Positions 47,475 to 57,452 are shown, counted from the stretch's first letter. The stretch: 64,000 bases of DNA from an uncultured Candidatus Saccharibacteria bacterium (GCA_964464405.1 CAYXFX010000002.1:44027-108026); one strand, 5' to 3'. The notes: generated by a model from the sequence alone, not told the origin. Numbers and translations: made by a program.

Positions 47475-49154
47475 ATGAGCAAGGTCACAAATCCCTATGT
47501 TACGCGAAATGAAGCAGGCGACCTCATAACTACAAACGCCGGATATCGGCACCTTTCCAAAATAGTTACGGACGTACGCGGACCGGTTTACGCATTTACA
47601 AACAACGCCGACCCGCTTAAGGTTGCGGCCGCCATGGCGCGTCTTTCTCGCAGAGGAGATGATTTAAGAAAAATTTATTTGGATGAATTTGCAAATTACA
47701 ACAAATTCACGGATACGTTTTTAGATAGATGGGCAGAAAAAGCGTATAATTTCGTTAAATCAGCAAATTCGGACCGCATGAAGGATTTAGCTTTATTTAA
47801 AAGAGTCGTTACAGGATTCGGAGATGATTCCGTCGCACAGCTAAATTTTATCTATCTTGCGTACGAAGGAGCATCGAATCTCCTTACAAAGCTTATCGAA
47901 TGGGGCAGACTCCGCGCTTATCTTGAGCAATCAACGCGATATATTTATTTTGACCAAATGGATATCAACGGGCGGTACAATTTCTTTACTCCAAAAAATC
48001 TTTCTCCTTCACTGTTAAATGAATACGAAAGAACTATGGCGCACATTTTCGATCTTTATTCAGACATCGTCCACGAACTTACGGGGTATGAACGAAAGAA
48101 AAATCCTGAGCCCGAAGGCAAGTTGGAAAGAGTTGCTTGGATCGGAGCAACAAGAGCACAGGCGTGCGACGCTGCGCGCCCTCTTTTGCCGGTTGCCGTA
48201 AAATCAACAGTCGGAATTGTAGGATCGGCGCAATCAATTCAAAACATGATTTTATTTCTCTCCGCACACAATTTGTTAGAAGCGCAAGAAGCGGGAATAA
48301 GTTTTTTGAGAGAATCAAGAAAAGTGAGCGCAGCATTTTTGGAAAGAACGGATATGCCAGAATACGGCGGAGCAGCCGTCGCTTATCAAAAAGATATTAA
48401 AGAATCTATGAAAAAAATTTCCGAAGAACTTTTGCTCCGGAGATCTTCTGAAAGCCCCAGAGTTGTTTTACTCGACTATTGGCCAAAAAACGAGCTGGAC
48501 ATCGTACCGGAAATGCTGTTTGAGTCTTCGAGAGTTCCGATAATTGAAATAGAAAATACAACTGCACGTCTATCTTATGAAGAAAAATTAAAAATTTTCA
48601 ACACCTATGTCGGAAATCGTTTAAACAGAAGGCAAAAACCAGGCAGAGCATTCGAAAAAATACACTATGAATGGATAATTTTTGCAGATTACGGAACATT
48701 TCGCGATCTCCAGCGCCACCGCATGGTAGATATGATGGAATGGCAAGAGCTTACCACAAAATATGGATTTGATGTTCCGAAATCTGTCGTAGATTCGGGA
48801 CTTGAGCAAAAATTCCGATTGTGTTTTTTGCTTTCAGACGAACTTTATAATAAAATGGCAAGCGAAAAACATGAAGAAGAAGCTCAATACGCAACGCTTC
48901 TGGGACACAAAATGAGATACCGTTTTATGCTAAACGCCCGCGCAGCATTTCATTTTCACGAGCTGCGTACGGGGCCCCAAGGGCACCCAGGTTATCGATC
49001 GATTGTAAATGAAATGCATGACATCTTAAAAAAAGTGCATCCAAATATCGCCGCGGCAATGAAATTCGTAAACCAAGGAGAAGATCCTGCGCTTACGAGA
49101 ATGGCCGCCGAAATGGCGACACAAAGAAAACTTATGTTGTTAAGTAAAGAGTAA
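47475..49154 (+). CDS. thyX: Flavin-dependent thymidylate synthase, double-domain form
   Basis: GFGDDSVAQL, LEQSTRY, RDLQRHR, HELRT..GH..YR. Confidence 0.85.
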   Translation: MSKVTNPYVTRNEAGDLITTNAGYRHLSKIVTDVRGPVYAFTNNADPLKVAAAMARLSRRGDDLRKIYLDEFANYNKFTDTFLDRWAEKAYNFVKSANSDRMKDLALFKRVVTGFGDDSVAQLNFIYLAYEGASNLLTKLIEWGRLRAYLEQSTRYIYFDQMDINGRYNFFTPKNLSPSLLNEYERTMAHIFDLYSDIVHELTGYERKKNPEPEGKLERVAWIGATRAQACDAARPLLPVAVKSTVGIVGSAQSIQNMILFLSAHNLLEAQEAGISFLRESRKVSAAFLERTDMPEYGGAAVAYQKDIKESMKKISEELLLRRSSESPRVVLLDYWPKNELDIVPEMLFESSRVPIIEIENTTARLSYEEKLKIFNTYVGNRLNRRQKPGRAFEKIHYEWIIFADYGTFRDLQRHRMVDMMEWQELTTKYGFDVPKSVVDSGLEQKFRLCFLLSDELYNKMASEKHEEEAQYATLLGHKMRYRFMLNARAAFHFHELRTGPQGHPGYRSIVNEMHDILKKVHPNIAAAMKFVNQGEDPALTRMAAEMATQRKLMLLSKE

Positions 49155-49161
49155 AAAAAAC

Positions 49162-49185
49162 AAGAAGCCCCGCGGCTTCTTTTTT
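49162..49185. terminator. Bidirectional intrinsic terminator
   Basis: AAGAAGCC-CCGC-GGCTTCTT plus T tract, between convergent genes. Confidence 0.65.
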
Positions 49186-50371
49186 ATAATCCAAGTCTTT
49201 CGTTTACAGTTTTAATTATTTGTACCGTCAACCAATTTCTGTCTTCATCAGCGGGAAGAACCACGTAACGCCGCGGATCTTTCGCCGCTTCCGTAAGAAA
49301 CCCTTGCCTTACGCGCTCGTGAAATTCGACGCCTTCTTTTTCAAATCGCGTTACCTCAGTTTCTCTGTCTTTTTTAATCCGATCCAAAATTACGCTCGGC
49401 TTCAGATCTAAAACGAATGTTAAATCAGAAATTACTCCAGAGGTGGATTTTTTGTTAGCAGCCCGAATCTTCTCCAAATCCATTCCGCGGCCATACCCTT
49501 GATACGCAAGGGTGGAATCTCCATTTCGGTCGCAAAGAATAATTTTACCTGCTTGTTTTAATGGAATGATTTTCTTGGAAAAATGAACTTTTCTGTCTTC
49601 TTCAAAAATCTCAAATTCTGCTTCCGGTAAATCAGGACGATTCGGGTCAAGATTCTTTACTCTGCTCCTTAAATCCGGAATTCCACCTCCCGGTTCTTTT
49701 GTCGTGAAAACGGAGTATCCTTTACCAGTCAGGTAACCTGCCAGCCGCTCGATCTGAGTCGATTTTCCAGCTTTTTCCGGCCCCTCAAAAATAATAAGCA
49801 GTCCCTGCGACAACGTCTTCATAATATTCATTTTGAAGTCGAGCATTAGTTCCAAGTTCGGATAGTCGCGAAAAAGTCCTCCGTCGCCTTTTAATCTCTC
49901 AAAAACTTTTTTAAAGATAAGCGCAACATCGGCTGGATCCTTGGACCATTGCTCAAGTGGCACGCCTTTTTGTTTGCAAATTTCAGGAACAAATTCAATT
50001 CCGGCAATATTGCTATATTGTCCGACATAAACAATCCGCGAAACGCCGTACTGAAGAAGTTTTTTTACGCAAGCAAGACAAGGTGTCGCAATAATATAGG
50101 CAGTTGCGCCAGATAAGCTGGAAACAGCATTCGCAATTGCGTTATCTTCTCCATGTAAAGTGCGCAAACAGTGACCGTTAACCATGTAATGATCCACTTC
50201 ATCGCAATTCGGCAATCCGGCAACCGCTCCGTTATATCCTGAACCAATGATTCTATTATTTTTGGTTAAAACACAAGCTGTCCGCAAACGATCACAGGTT
50301 CCTCTGGAAGAAACCAGCAATGCTATTCCTATAAATAATTCGTCCCATTCCGGCTTAGACCATCTTTCCAT
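49184..50371 (-). CDS. tmk: dCMP deaminase (ComEB-like) fused to thymidylate kinase
   Basis: WDELF..RGTCDR, GYNG, HGEDNA and PCLAC zinc motif; then FEGPEKAGKSTQ, KEPGG, CDR, AYQG, RFE. Confidence 0.9.
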   Translation of the reverse strand: MERWSKPEWDELFIGIALLVSSRGTCDRLRTACVLTKNNRIIGSGYNGAVAGLPNCDEVDHYMVNGHCLRTLHGEDNAIANAVSSLSGATAYIIATPCLACVKKLLQYGVSRIVYVGQYSNIAGIEFVPEICKQKGVPLEQWSKDPADVALIFKKVFERLKGDGGLFRDYPNLELMLDFKMNIMKTLSQGLLIIFEGPEKAGKSTQIERLAGYLTGKGYSVFTTKEPGGGIPDLRSRVKNLDPNRPDLPEAEFEIFEEDRKVHFSKKIIPLKQAGKIILCDRNGDSTLAYQGYGRGMDLEKIRAANKKSTSGVISDLTFVLDLKPSVILDRIKKDRETEVTRFEKEGVEFHERVRQGFLTEAAKDPRRYVVLPADEDRNWLTVQIIKTVNERLGL

Positions 50372-50495
50372 TCCGCTTCTCCTATTTAAAGTGTTCTTCT
50401 AAAAACAAGGTTAGCACCGAATGCGCCTTCTAAGAAAAAATTCTGTGGATAAATGAACAGATTGCAAATCAAAGTTTAAATTGTATGATTAAAAC

Positions 50496-50780
50496 ATGAC
50501 AGATGCAATTACGAAAAAGGACTTAGAAACAATTTTGGACAAAAAATTCACTGAATATCAAGGAGCGATCCTTGAAGCTATGAATTTTAAATTTCAACAA
50601 ATTGAAAACCGAATGGACAAATTTGACAAAAAGATGGACAAATTAGCCACAACGCTGGATAATTTTGTTAAACAACTAAGCGATTACAAAGAAGAATTTA
50701 TAATTTTGAAAGGAGAAGTAGATCAAATGAAAGCAATATTTAAAGAAAAATTCGGTATTGAAATAGCAGTGCAAAAGTAA
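50496..50780 (+). CDS. Small coiled-coil hypothetical protein
   Basis: TKKDL start and heptad-like FDKKMDKL; followed by its own terminator. Confidence 0.6.
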   Translation: MTDAITKKDLETILDKKFTEYQGAILEAMNFKFQQIENRMDKFDKKMDKLATTLDNFVKQLSDYKEEFIILKGEVDQMKAIFKEKFGIEIAVQK

Positions 50781-50803
50781 ATTCATCTCATTTATAAAAA
50801 TAA

Positions 50804-50826
50804 AAAAGCGGAGCTAAACCGCTTTT
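50804..50826. terminator. Bidirectional intrinsic terminator
   Basis: AAAAGCGG-AGCTAAA-CCGCTTTT between convergent genes. Confidence 0.6.
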
Positions 50827-50827
50827 A

Positions 50828-51241
50828 TTATCCTGGAACCATAAGCCAACCAACAACAACTGAAAGGGAAACTCCGATTATTTGACGAATACTCAAGTTT
50901 TGACCCTGCAATAAGCAAACCATTAAAACAGTAATCGCGGGGTAGAGTGCTGAAAGAGCGGAAGTTTTAATTGGGCCGCTTGATGCCATAGCTAAAACAA
51001 AAGTTAAGCCTCCTAAAGCATAGGTAAGACCAAAAGTAAGTCCTTCCCAATCCCACCGCCAGCCGGCAAACGTGCGAAAATTCGTAGAAAATAAAATGAC
51101 AATCCCCCAAAAAATCATACCTAGCGCGATCCAGAAGTGACCGTCGAATATATCGCCGTTCTTTTTTGCAAGAACGCCGCCAAAATAAACAGACACGCCC
51201 CACATAATTGGCACAAGATAAACCCATATCGAATTTTTCAT
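50828..51241 (-). CDS. Single-domain EamA/DMT-like membrane protein
   Basis: About 5 TM segments, LSALYPAITV..LSIRQIIGV. Confidence 0.7.
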   Translation of the reverse strand: MKNSIWVYLVPIMWGVSVYFGGVLAKKNGDIFDGHFWIALGMIFWGIVILFSTNFRTFAGWRWDWEGLTFGLTYALGGLTFVLAMASSGPIKTSALSALYPAITVLMVCLLQGQNLSIRQIIGVSLSVVVGWLMVPG

Positions 51242-51534
51242 TCATCACTCTCCTTCAAAGATTCCGGTACCCGAAGTGAGTCGGTGTAAGTTTTCCACTG
51301 AATCGGCCAGTTATGAAAAAGCACGTTTCCCCTCAAAAGACACACCAAATTCCGTCGTGCTTCAGCCAACGTTTTGCCCTTCGCACAAGCTTCAACTAAA
51401 GCAATGTGTGCGCCTCGAACAGCACAAACATCTTTAGTGTTATCCAGAAGTGAAATTTTTATTGAATACCGTCCCACTTCTTCCTCTTCTTTCAACTCAC
51501 CGTCAATTTGGTAAACGACTTCCTCGAGAGTCAT
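51238..51534 (-). CDS. Hypothetical protein (weak HicB-like motif)
   Basis: SD GAAGGAG; GKTLAEARRNL. Confidence 0.45.
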   Translation of the reverse strand: MTLEEVVYQIDGELKEEEEVGRYSIKISLLDNTKDVCAVRGAHIALVEACAKGKTLAEARRNLVCLLRGNVLFHNWPIQWKTYTDSLRVPESLKESDE

Positions 51535-51579
51535 GAGCGGCTCCTTCTTAAAAAAGTAATCTGAAATTAATTTAGCATT

Positions 51580-52005
51580 CTAATCAACAATTTCAATACC
51601 CATGCTTCTGGCACTGCCAGCGATGATTTTTTCGGCAGCTTCAACGTCGTTTGCGTTTAGATCTTCCATTTTGCGTTCCGCAATTTCTCGAAGTTTTGCT
51701 TTTGATATTTTTCCTACTTTTCCTTTTAAAGGATTTGCGGCTCCCTTATCAATCCCCGCCGCCTTACGCAAAAGATCAGACGCAGGAGGAGTTTTTAATT
51801 TAAAATCGAAAGTCCGATCCTGATAGATCGTAATTTCGGCAGGTATTATGTCATCCCCCATCTGAGCAGTAGCCGCGTTAAACTTGCTTACGAATTCTCC
51901 AATGTTAATTCCGTGCTGACCCAAAGCAGGCCCAATTGGAGGAGCCGGGGTCGCCTTGCCCGCAGGCGCTTGTATTTTAATTATTGTTTTTATTGGTTTG
52001 GCCAT
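51580..52005 (-). CDS. rplK: 50S ribosomal protein L11
   Basis: [29 protein letters not shown]. Confidence 0.98.
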   Translation of the reverse strand: MAKPIKTIIKIQAPAGKATPAPPIGPALGQHGINIGEFVSKFNAATAQMGDDIIPAEITIYQDRTFDFKLKTPPASDLLRKAAGIDKGAANPLKGKVGKISKAKLREIAERKMEDLNANDVEAAEKIIAGSARSMGIEIVD

Positions 52006-52110
52006 TTACCTGCCTAAATTTTAAGCATTTATAAACTTAAATTGAAATTTAACAATAAATTAATATTTTTGCAAACTGCCGAAATTTTATATAAAATTTT
52101 GGCGGGTGAA
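52006..52110. mobile_element. MITE-like element (family B) filling the nusG-rplK spacer
   Basis: Terminal IRs TTACCTGCCTAAATTTTA / TAAAATTTTGGCGGGTGA (15/18). Confidence 0.6.
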
Positions 52111-52656
52111 TTACAATTTTTTAACCTGAAGGAAATCTAGCTCCACGGGTGTCTCTCTTCCAAACATGGAAACTAGAACCTTTACCTTGCCTCTTGATTC
52201 GTCAACCTCGCTGATTTTTCCTTCGAAATCGCGGAAGGGTCCATCGTTAATTCTTACAGGATCCCCTATGGATACGTCAATCTTATGAGTCGGCTCTTCT
52301 TTTCCTAACTTGGAAAATAACACATTTATCTCGCCTTCCGAAAGCGGGGCGGGAGTTGTCCCAGACCCAACAAACCCAGTAACTCGCGGAGTATTTCTAA
52401 CAACATACCATGAAGCGTCGGTTACAACCATTTCAACCAAAACGTAGCCTGGGTAAATTTTTTCCTCGATAACTTTCCTTTTTCCGCCTTTAATTTTTAT
52501 CTTTTTTTCCTTAGGAACCACGACTTGAAAAATTTGGTCTTCCATTCCCAAAGATTCTATACGCTGCCTCAAATTGCGGGCAACAGCTTCTTCATATCCA
52601 GCGTACGTGTGGACTGCGTACCAATTTTTTCCAAATTCTGAAGTTTGTTTTGCCAT
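52111..52656 (-). CDS. nusG: Transcription termination/antitermination factor NusG
   Basis: WYAVHTYAGYE, PGYVLV, KOW GDPVRINDGPF, FGRETPVEL. Confidence 0.98.
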   Translation of the reverse strand: MAKQTSEFGKNWYAVHTYAGYEEAVARNLRQRIESLGMEDQIFQVVVPKEKKIKIKGGKRKVIEEKIYPGYVLVEMVVTDASWYVVRNTPRVTGFVGSGTTPAPLSEGEINVLFSKLGKEEPTHKIDVSIGDPVRINDGPFRDFEGKISEVDESRGKVKVLVSMFGRETPVELDFLQVKKL

Positions 52657-52762
52657 TTACCCGCCTAAATTTTAAAACCTGTAATTAAAATAACTCGGCC
52701 TTTTGCAAAATCTATTTTATTATAAACTTTTGAAATTGTATTCATAAATTTTAGCGGGCAAA
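52657..52762. mobile_element. MITE-like element (family B) filling the secE-nusG spacer
   Basis: Terminal IRs TTACCCGCCTAAATTTTA / TAAATTTTAGCGGGCAA. Confidence 0.6.
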
Positions 52763-52948
52763 TTAAATAATAAAAATTTGTAATAGTCTTTGAAATATAA
52801 AATCAAACCCGCCTAAAATTAAGGCGATGCCTAAAGATACTCCGATTACAATAAGGGTAAACCGCGTGGTTTGGGCGCGCGATGGCCAATTCACCTTGCG
52901 CATCTCAATCCGCGTCTCCTTTATATAATTCATTAATTTATTAAACAT
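52763..52948 (-). CDS. secE: Protein translocase subunit SecE
   Basis: EMRKVNWPS plus one TM; upstream of nusG. Confidence 0.95.
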   Translation of the reverse strand: MFNKLMNYIKETRIEMRKVNWPSRAQTTRFTLIVIGVSLGIALILGGFDFIFQRLLQIFII

Positions 52949-53036
52949 AAAAATTTAAAGTTTTTTAAAAGCCCCCGAGGGCTTTATATTTATAAGTATA
53001 TAGTAAATATAATAAAAGTCAACGCATCGCGTTGGC

Positions 53037-53231
53037 TTAGTGCATAGTTAAGTTCATTTGCTTCGATAGCGCCCAATTTAGCGCCTTACCGATAGTAACT
53101 CTTATAAAAAATTCCTCGCCAGAAAAAAACCCGTTTTTTTCAGCCAATATTTTCAGCTCGATTTCACTTATACTAAGCTCCAGTGATTCTAGGTCTTCAA
53201 CATCACCCCGAAACACATCTTGTGTATACAT
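53037..53231 (-). CDS. Small hypothetical protein
   Basis: 64-aa ORF with SD AAGGAG. Confidence 0.45.
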   Translation of the reverse strand: MYTQDVFRGDVEDLESLELSISEIELKILAEKNGFFSGEEFFIRVTIGKALNWALSKQMNLTMH

Positions 53232-53289
53232 ATCGTTCTCCTTTAGGGAAATTATCTATTTTAGAGTATACAATATTTTAGCAAAAAAA

Positions 53290-56118
53290 TCAACTGCAAC
53301 TTCCGATGTTTTCTCCGCAAGAAGGACAAGTATAACATGAACCAGTGCGCACCATTATCGCTCCGCATCTGCAAGCAGGTGCATCCTGATAAGCAAACGC
53401 TTGCGCATTTGCAACTATTGGCTTGATTTCCGCGCGAATTTCTATCGGAGCAGATAATTTCGGCTGTTCTTCTAATTTGAGAGAATTTTTTACGTTAGTT
53501 GTTTGGGGAGATTCTGGTTTTGAATGTGTATAAATTCCTAAAGCTTCCTGGTCGCCTTGCGAAAGAAAATTAATTGCAAGGAACTTTCCGATATAATCGA
53601 GAATTGATTTCGCTACCGGTACATCTTGGTTTTCTGTAAAGCCAGCGGGCTCGAATCTTGAATGGACAAATTTTCTGATTATAGTTTCAACAGGTATTCC
53701 TGACTGTAAGGAAACAGACATAAGTACTCCTATTGCGTCCAACAGACCTGAAATGGTTGATCCTTCTTTTGCAACACGTATGAATACTTCACCAAGTCTT
53801 CCGTCTTCGTACATACCGCAGTGAATGTATCCCTCATGCCCAGCTATAGAAAATTTGTGCCGGATTGCTTTTACATCCGCGGGAAGTTTTTTCCTCATGC
53901 TAGGCGGGGGGGCAGAGCTTGAAACTTCTTCAGCGTCTCTTGCGTCTTGATTTGAACTTTTGGTGCGCGAGGTGTTTAATGGCTGAACCCCCTTTGAGTT
54001 GTCGCGGTAAATTGCTATCGCTTTTAACCCAAGCTTCCAAGCATCCATATAAGTGTTCGTAACATCATCAATTGTTGCAGATTCGGGAAGATTTACGGTT
54101 TTAGAAATTGCGCCAGAGATAAACGGCTGAGCAGCCGCCATCATGCGGATGTGCCCCGAGTAATGGATTGATCGCTTGCCTCCCGGAGAATTTGTAGCAC
54201 AATCAAAGACAGGAAAATCGCTTTCTTTTAGGTGCGGTGCTCCCTCAATGGAATCGTTCGCTAAAATATAATCTAAAATTTCTTCTCTTTCTTTTTCGTT
54301 ATACCCTAAATTTTTAAGAGAGCGCGGTACGGAAGTATTTACAATCTTTAAGAATCCGCCTCCCACCATTTTTTTGTAGGCTACCAAAGAGAAGCTTGGT
54401 TCGATTCCTGTAGTTGTGGCATCCATCATAAAAGAAATAGTGCCGGTTGGCGCAAGAACCGAAGTTTGCGAATTTCTAATTCCGAAGCTTATTCCATTTT
54501 GATAAGCCTTTTCCCAAACACGCTCTGCTTCTTTCCATAAATTTTCCTCACGAAGCGCACTTTTAGCGATTTTTTTGGATTCATATCCGTGCATTTTTAT
54601 AACAGCCAGCATTGCATCTTTATCCTTTTCGTATCCGGCAAATGAGCCAACTGCGCGAGAAATTTCCGCAGAAACATTATATGCCTCTCCGGTCATAATC
54701 GAGGTTAGCGCACTGCAATACGCCCGCGCTTCGTCAGAATCATATGGAAGCCCCAATTGCATAAGAAGTGCGCCTAAATTCGTGTACCCCAGCCCAAGCT
54801 CCCTGTATGCGCGCGCATTTTCTCCAATTTTTTCAGTCGGATAAGATGAAAATCCCACAATAATGTCTTGCGCGATTATAAAAATGCGGACAGCATTTTT
54901 ATACGATTCTGTATCAAAACTTCCGTCTTCATTTAAAAAACGCAAAAGATTTAATGATGCCAAATTGCATGCTGAATTATCCAAATGCATGTATTCACTG
55001 CATGGATTTGATCCGTTAATCCGCCCGGCATTAGGAACAGTATGCCACTGGTTTATTGTGGTATCAAACTGCATTCCTGGATCAGCGCAATTCCATGCCG
55101 CTTCTGCAATTAAATTCATAAGCTCCCTCGCACGCACAGTTTCTAAAACCTCTCCTTTTTTTACTGATTTTAAATCCCAAGTTTTGTCTTCCAAAACTGC
55201 GTTCATAAATTCATCCGTTGCGCGGACTGAATTGTTCGCGTTCTGAAAAAAAATATTTGAATAAACTTCTCCATCTAAAGCATCGTCAAATCCCATCGAA
55301 ATTAAAGCTTTTGCCTTTTCTTCTTCTTTCCATTTTGAAACAATAAAAGACCTGATGTCGGGATGTTCAATATTTAATATAACCATTTTCGCGGCGCGAC
55401 GTGTCTTGCCTCCAGATTTAATTGTGCCCGCGATTGCGTCGGCGCCTTTCATAAAAGAGACCGGCCCAGAAGATTTTCCGCGGTTTGTAATGCTTTCTTT
55501 CGAAGATCGGAGTGGTGAAATATTTACTCCGGAACCAGAACCTCCCGCAAAAATAAACATTTCCGTCCTATACCATTCAGCGATAGATTCTTTAGAGTCT
55601 TCCAAAGCCAAAATAAAACAAGCGGAGCACTGCGGCCATTTCTCTACTCCCACATTAAACCAGACGGGCGAATTAAAAGACCCCAATTGGTTAACCAATA
55701 TATATTTTAATTCTTCGTTGAAAATTTGTGCGTCTTTAACTGTCGCAAAATAGTCGGCTTCTACTCCCCACTTTGCAATTGTATCTGCAACCCGATTTAT
55801 TACCTGACGAACGGAAGCTTCTCGTTCGGGTTTACCCAAATGCCCGGAAAAATATTTTTCGGCGACAATATCAGTCGCAGTTTGCGACCAAAATTTAGGA
55901 GCTTCCACATCTTTTTGTTCAAAAATAATTTCACCGCTTGATTTTGCTATCCGCGCAACTCTTCTCTCCCATTCGATTTCATCATATGGATGGATATTTT
56001 CTTTTGAAAAAAATCTTGCGATCCGTAATTTTTGCAAATCATCATTTGGTTCAGTTGAGGCAAAAAAAGTCCCGCTTTGGGACCCGCTTTTCAGTAAAAT
56101 ATTGTTTCCCTCATTCAT
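53290..56118 (-). CDS. nrdJ: Vitamin B12-dependent (class II) ribonucleotide reductase with C-terminal TSCPD/zinc-ribbon region
   Basis: FNSPVWFN, QCSACFI, GSNPCSE, CNLASLNL, APTGTIS, SKTVN, YRD, C-terminal CxxC..SCS. Confidence 0.93.
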   Translation of the reverse strand: MNEGNNILLKSGSQSGTFFASTEPNDDLQKLRIARFFSKENIHPYDEIEWERRVARIAKSSGEIIFEQKDVEAPKFWSQTATDIVAEKYFSGHLGKPEREASVRQVINRVADTIAKWGVEADYFATVKDAQIFNEELKYILVNQLGSFNSPVWFNVGVEKWPQCSACFILALEDSKESIAEWYRTEMFIFAGGSGSGVNISPLRSSKESITNRGKSSGPVSFMKGADAIAGTIKSGGKTRRAAKMVILNIEHPDIRSFIVSKWKEEEKAKALISMGFDDALDGEVYSNIFFQNANNSVRATDEFMNAVLEDKTWDLKSVKKGEVLETVRARELMNLIAEAAWNCADPGMQFDTTINQWHTVPNAGRINGSNPCSEYMHLDNSACNLASLNLLRFLNEDGSFDTESYKNAVRIFIIAQDIIVGFSSYPTEKIGENARAYRELGLGYTNLGALLMQLGLPYDSDEARAYCSALTSIMTGEAYNVSAEISRAVGSFAGYEKDKDAMLAVIKMHGYESKKIAKSALREENLWKEAERVWEKAYQNGISFGIRNSQTSVLAPTGTISFMMDATTTGIEPSFSLVAYKKMVGGGFLKIVNTSVPRSLKNLGYNEKEREEILDYILANDSIEGAPHLKESDFPVFDCATNSPGGKRSIHYSGHIRMMAAAQPFISGAISKTVNLPESATIDDVTNTYMDAWKLGLKAIAIYRDNSKGVQPLNTSRTKSSNQDARDAEEVSSSAPPPSMRKKLPADVKAIRHKFSIAGHEGYIHCGMYEDGRLGEVFIRVAKEGSTISGLLDAIGVLMSVSLQSGIPVETIIRKFVHSRFEPAGFTENQDVPVAKSILDYIGKFLAINFLSQGDQEALGIYTHSKPESPQTTNVKNSLKLEEQPKLSAPIEIRAEIKPIVANAQAFAYQDAPACRCGAIMVRTGSCYTCPSCGENIGSCS

Positions 56119-56197
56119 AAATTCATCGTATCATGAAGGACAAAAAAAATCCGCCTGTGGATATCGCGAAAAATTTTAAAAATTTTTAGAATCTTGT

Positions 56198-57328
56198 CTA
56201 CTCTCTTTTTGTTCGACGAATGAATGCCGGAATTGAATCCCATTCGGATTCTTCAGCTAAAATTTCCGGCTTTTCTCCAGGATTTAATTTAGGTGGCGAA
56301 TTTTTAGGTGAAAGGATGGAATTACTTTGGAAACCCGAGCCAAAAAGATTGGCAGTTTTGCCCGTGCCCCCGTTTGGCGGAAAGCCCGAAGCAATGACTG
56401 TGATTTTAATTTCACCTTTCTTTAGCCGATCATCGTTTATCGCTCCGAATATGACACGCGCTTCAGCATCAATTGAGCCTGTAATGATTTTGGCAGCTTC
56501 GTTTATTTCCCACATTGTAAGATCCGGCCCCCCGGAAACCGTAAACAACACTCCTTTTGCGCCATTTACAGAAACATCTAAAAGCGGAGAACTTATTGCC
56601 ATCTTAGCCGCTTCTTCCGCTCTGCTTTCGCCTTGCGCATGTCCTATGCCCATAAGGGCTGAACCTGCATTTTGCATAATTGAACGGACATCCGCAAAAT
56701 CCACATTTATAATTCCGGGCATTGTGATTAAATCGGAAATTCCTTGCACAGCGTGCCTCAAAACTTCGTCGCACATCGCAAACGCCGTAAGAAATGGTGT
56801 TTCTTTGTCCACCAAAGTCAAAAGTCTATCATTTGGTATTACGATAAGCGCATCCACCGCTTCACGCAATTTTATCAATCCGCTTTCTGCAAGCCTTGCA
56901 CGCTCAGCGCCTTCAAAAGCAAAAGGCTTTGTGACTACTCCTATTACCAAAGCACCTAAATTTTTTGCCGTCTGCGCAATAACCGGCGCACCTCCCGTTC
57001 CCGTTCCTCCGCCCATTCCGCAAGTAACAAAAACCATATCGGCGCCTTTCAATACCTCTTGGATTTCATCTTTTGTTTCTTCGGCGGCCTGCTTTCCAAG
57101 CTCAGGATTCATTCCTGTGCCCAATCCCTGGGTTAGGCCTCTTCCGATTCGAATTTTTTTATGTGCCAAGCTTTTATGTAAATCCTGTGTGTCTGTGTTG
57201 AACGCGATAAATTCAACTCCCTTAACTTTAGAATTTATCATGTGATTTACAGCATTTTTACCGGATCCTCCAACTCCAGCTACTTTGATCCGCGCAAATG
57301 TTTCAACTTCTGGTTTAATATATGGCAT
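56198..57328 (-). CDS. ftsZ: Cell division protein FtsZ
   Basis: GMGGGTGTG, NVDFADV, C-terminal IPAFIRR; start placed at MPYIKP. Confidence 0.98.
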   Translation of the reverse strand: MPYIKPEVETFARIKVAGVGGSGKNAVNHMINSKVKGVEFIAFNTDTQDLHKSLAHKKIRIGRGLTQGLGTGMNPELGKQAAEETKDEIQEVLKGADMVFVTCGMGGGTGTGGAPVIAQTAKNLGALVIGVVTKPFAFEGAERARLAESGLIKLREAVDALIVIPNDRLLTLVDKETPFLTAFAMCDEVLRHAVQGISDLITMPGIINVDFADVRSIMQNAGSALMGIGHAQGESRAEEAAKMAISSPLLDVSVNGAKGVLFTVSGGPDLTMWEINEAAKIITGSIDAEARVIFGAINDDRLKKGEIKITVIASGFPPNGGTGKTANLFGSGFQSNSILSPKNSPPKLNPGEKPEILAEESEWDSIPAFIRRTKRE

Positions 57329-57452
57329 ATTGCATTTAAATAAATTTTTAAATCTAAATTTATAACTAATCCGTAGCATATCGGACAAACATTGCAATAC
57401 TTGACAAAATTTTTTACAATGCTGAATTTTCGATTGGAAAAATAAAGAAAGG

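Noticed and set aside
50444-50452. Perfect DnaA box (TGTGGATAA), with near matches at about 45037 and 56156
   Set aside because: Isolated boxes with no cluster and no dnaA; not an origin. A regulatory role cannot be supported from sequence alone.
51238-51534. HicB antitoxin of a toxin-antitoxin pair
   Set aside because: Only a short motif resembles HicB and no HicA-like partner is adjacent.
56069-56090. Small GTCCC/GGGAC hairpin with duplicated CCCGCTTT in the nrdJ N-terminus
   Set aside because: Too short and single-copy here to call as an element.
53290-56118. Intein or intron in nrdJ
   Set aside because: The ORF is continuous with no intein terminal or homing-endonuclease motifs; the extra length is explained by the C-terminal domain.
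56220-57245. 341-aa ORF antisense to ftsZ (also 58075-58752 opposite ftsA and similar shadows elsewhere)
   Set aside because: Shadow ORFs on the reverse strand of conserved genes, with no recognisable motifs.
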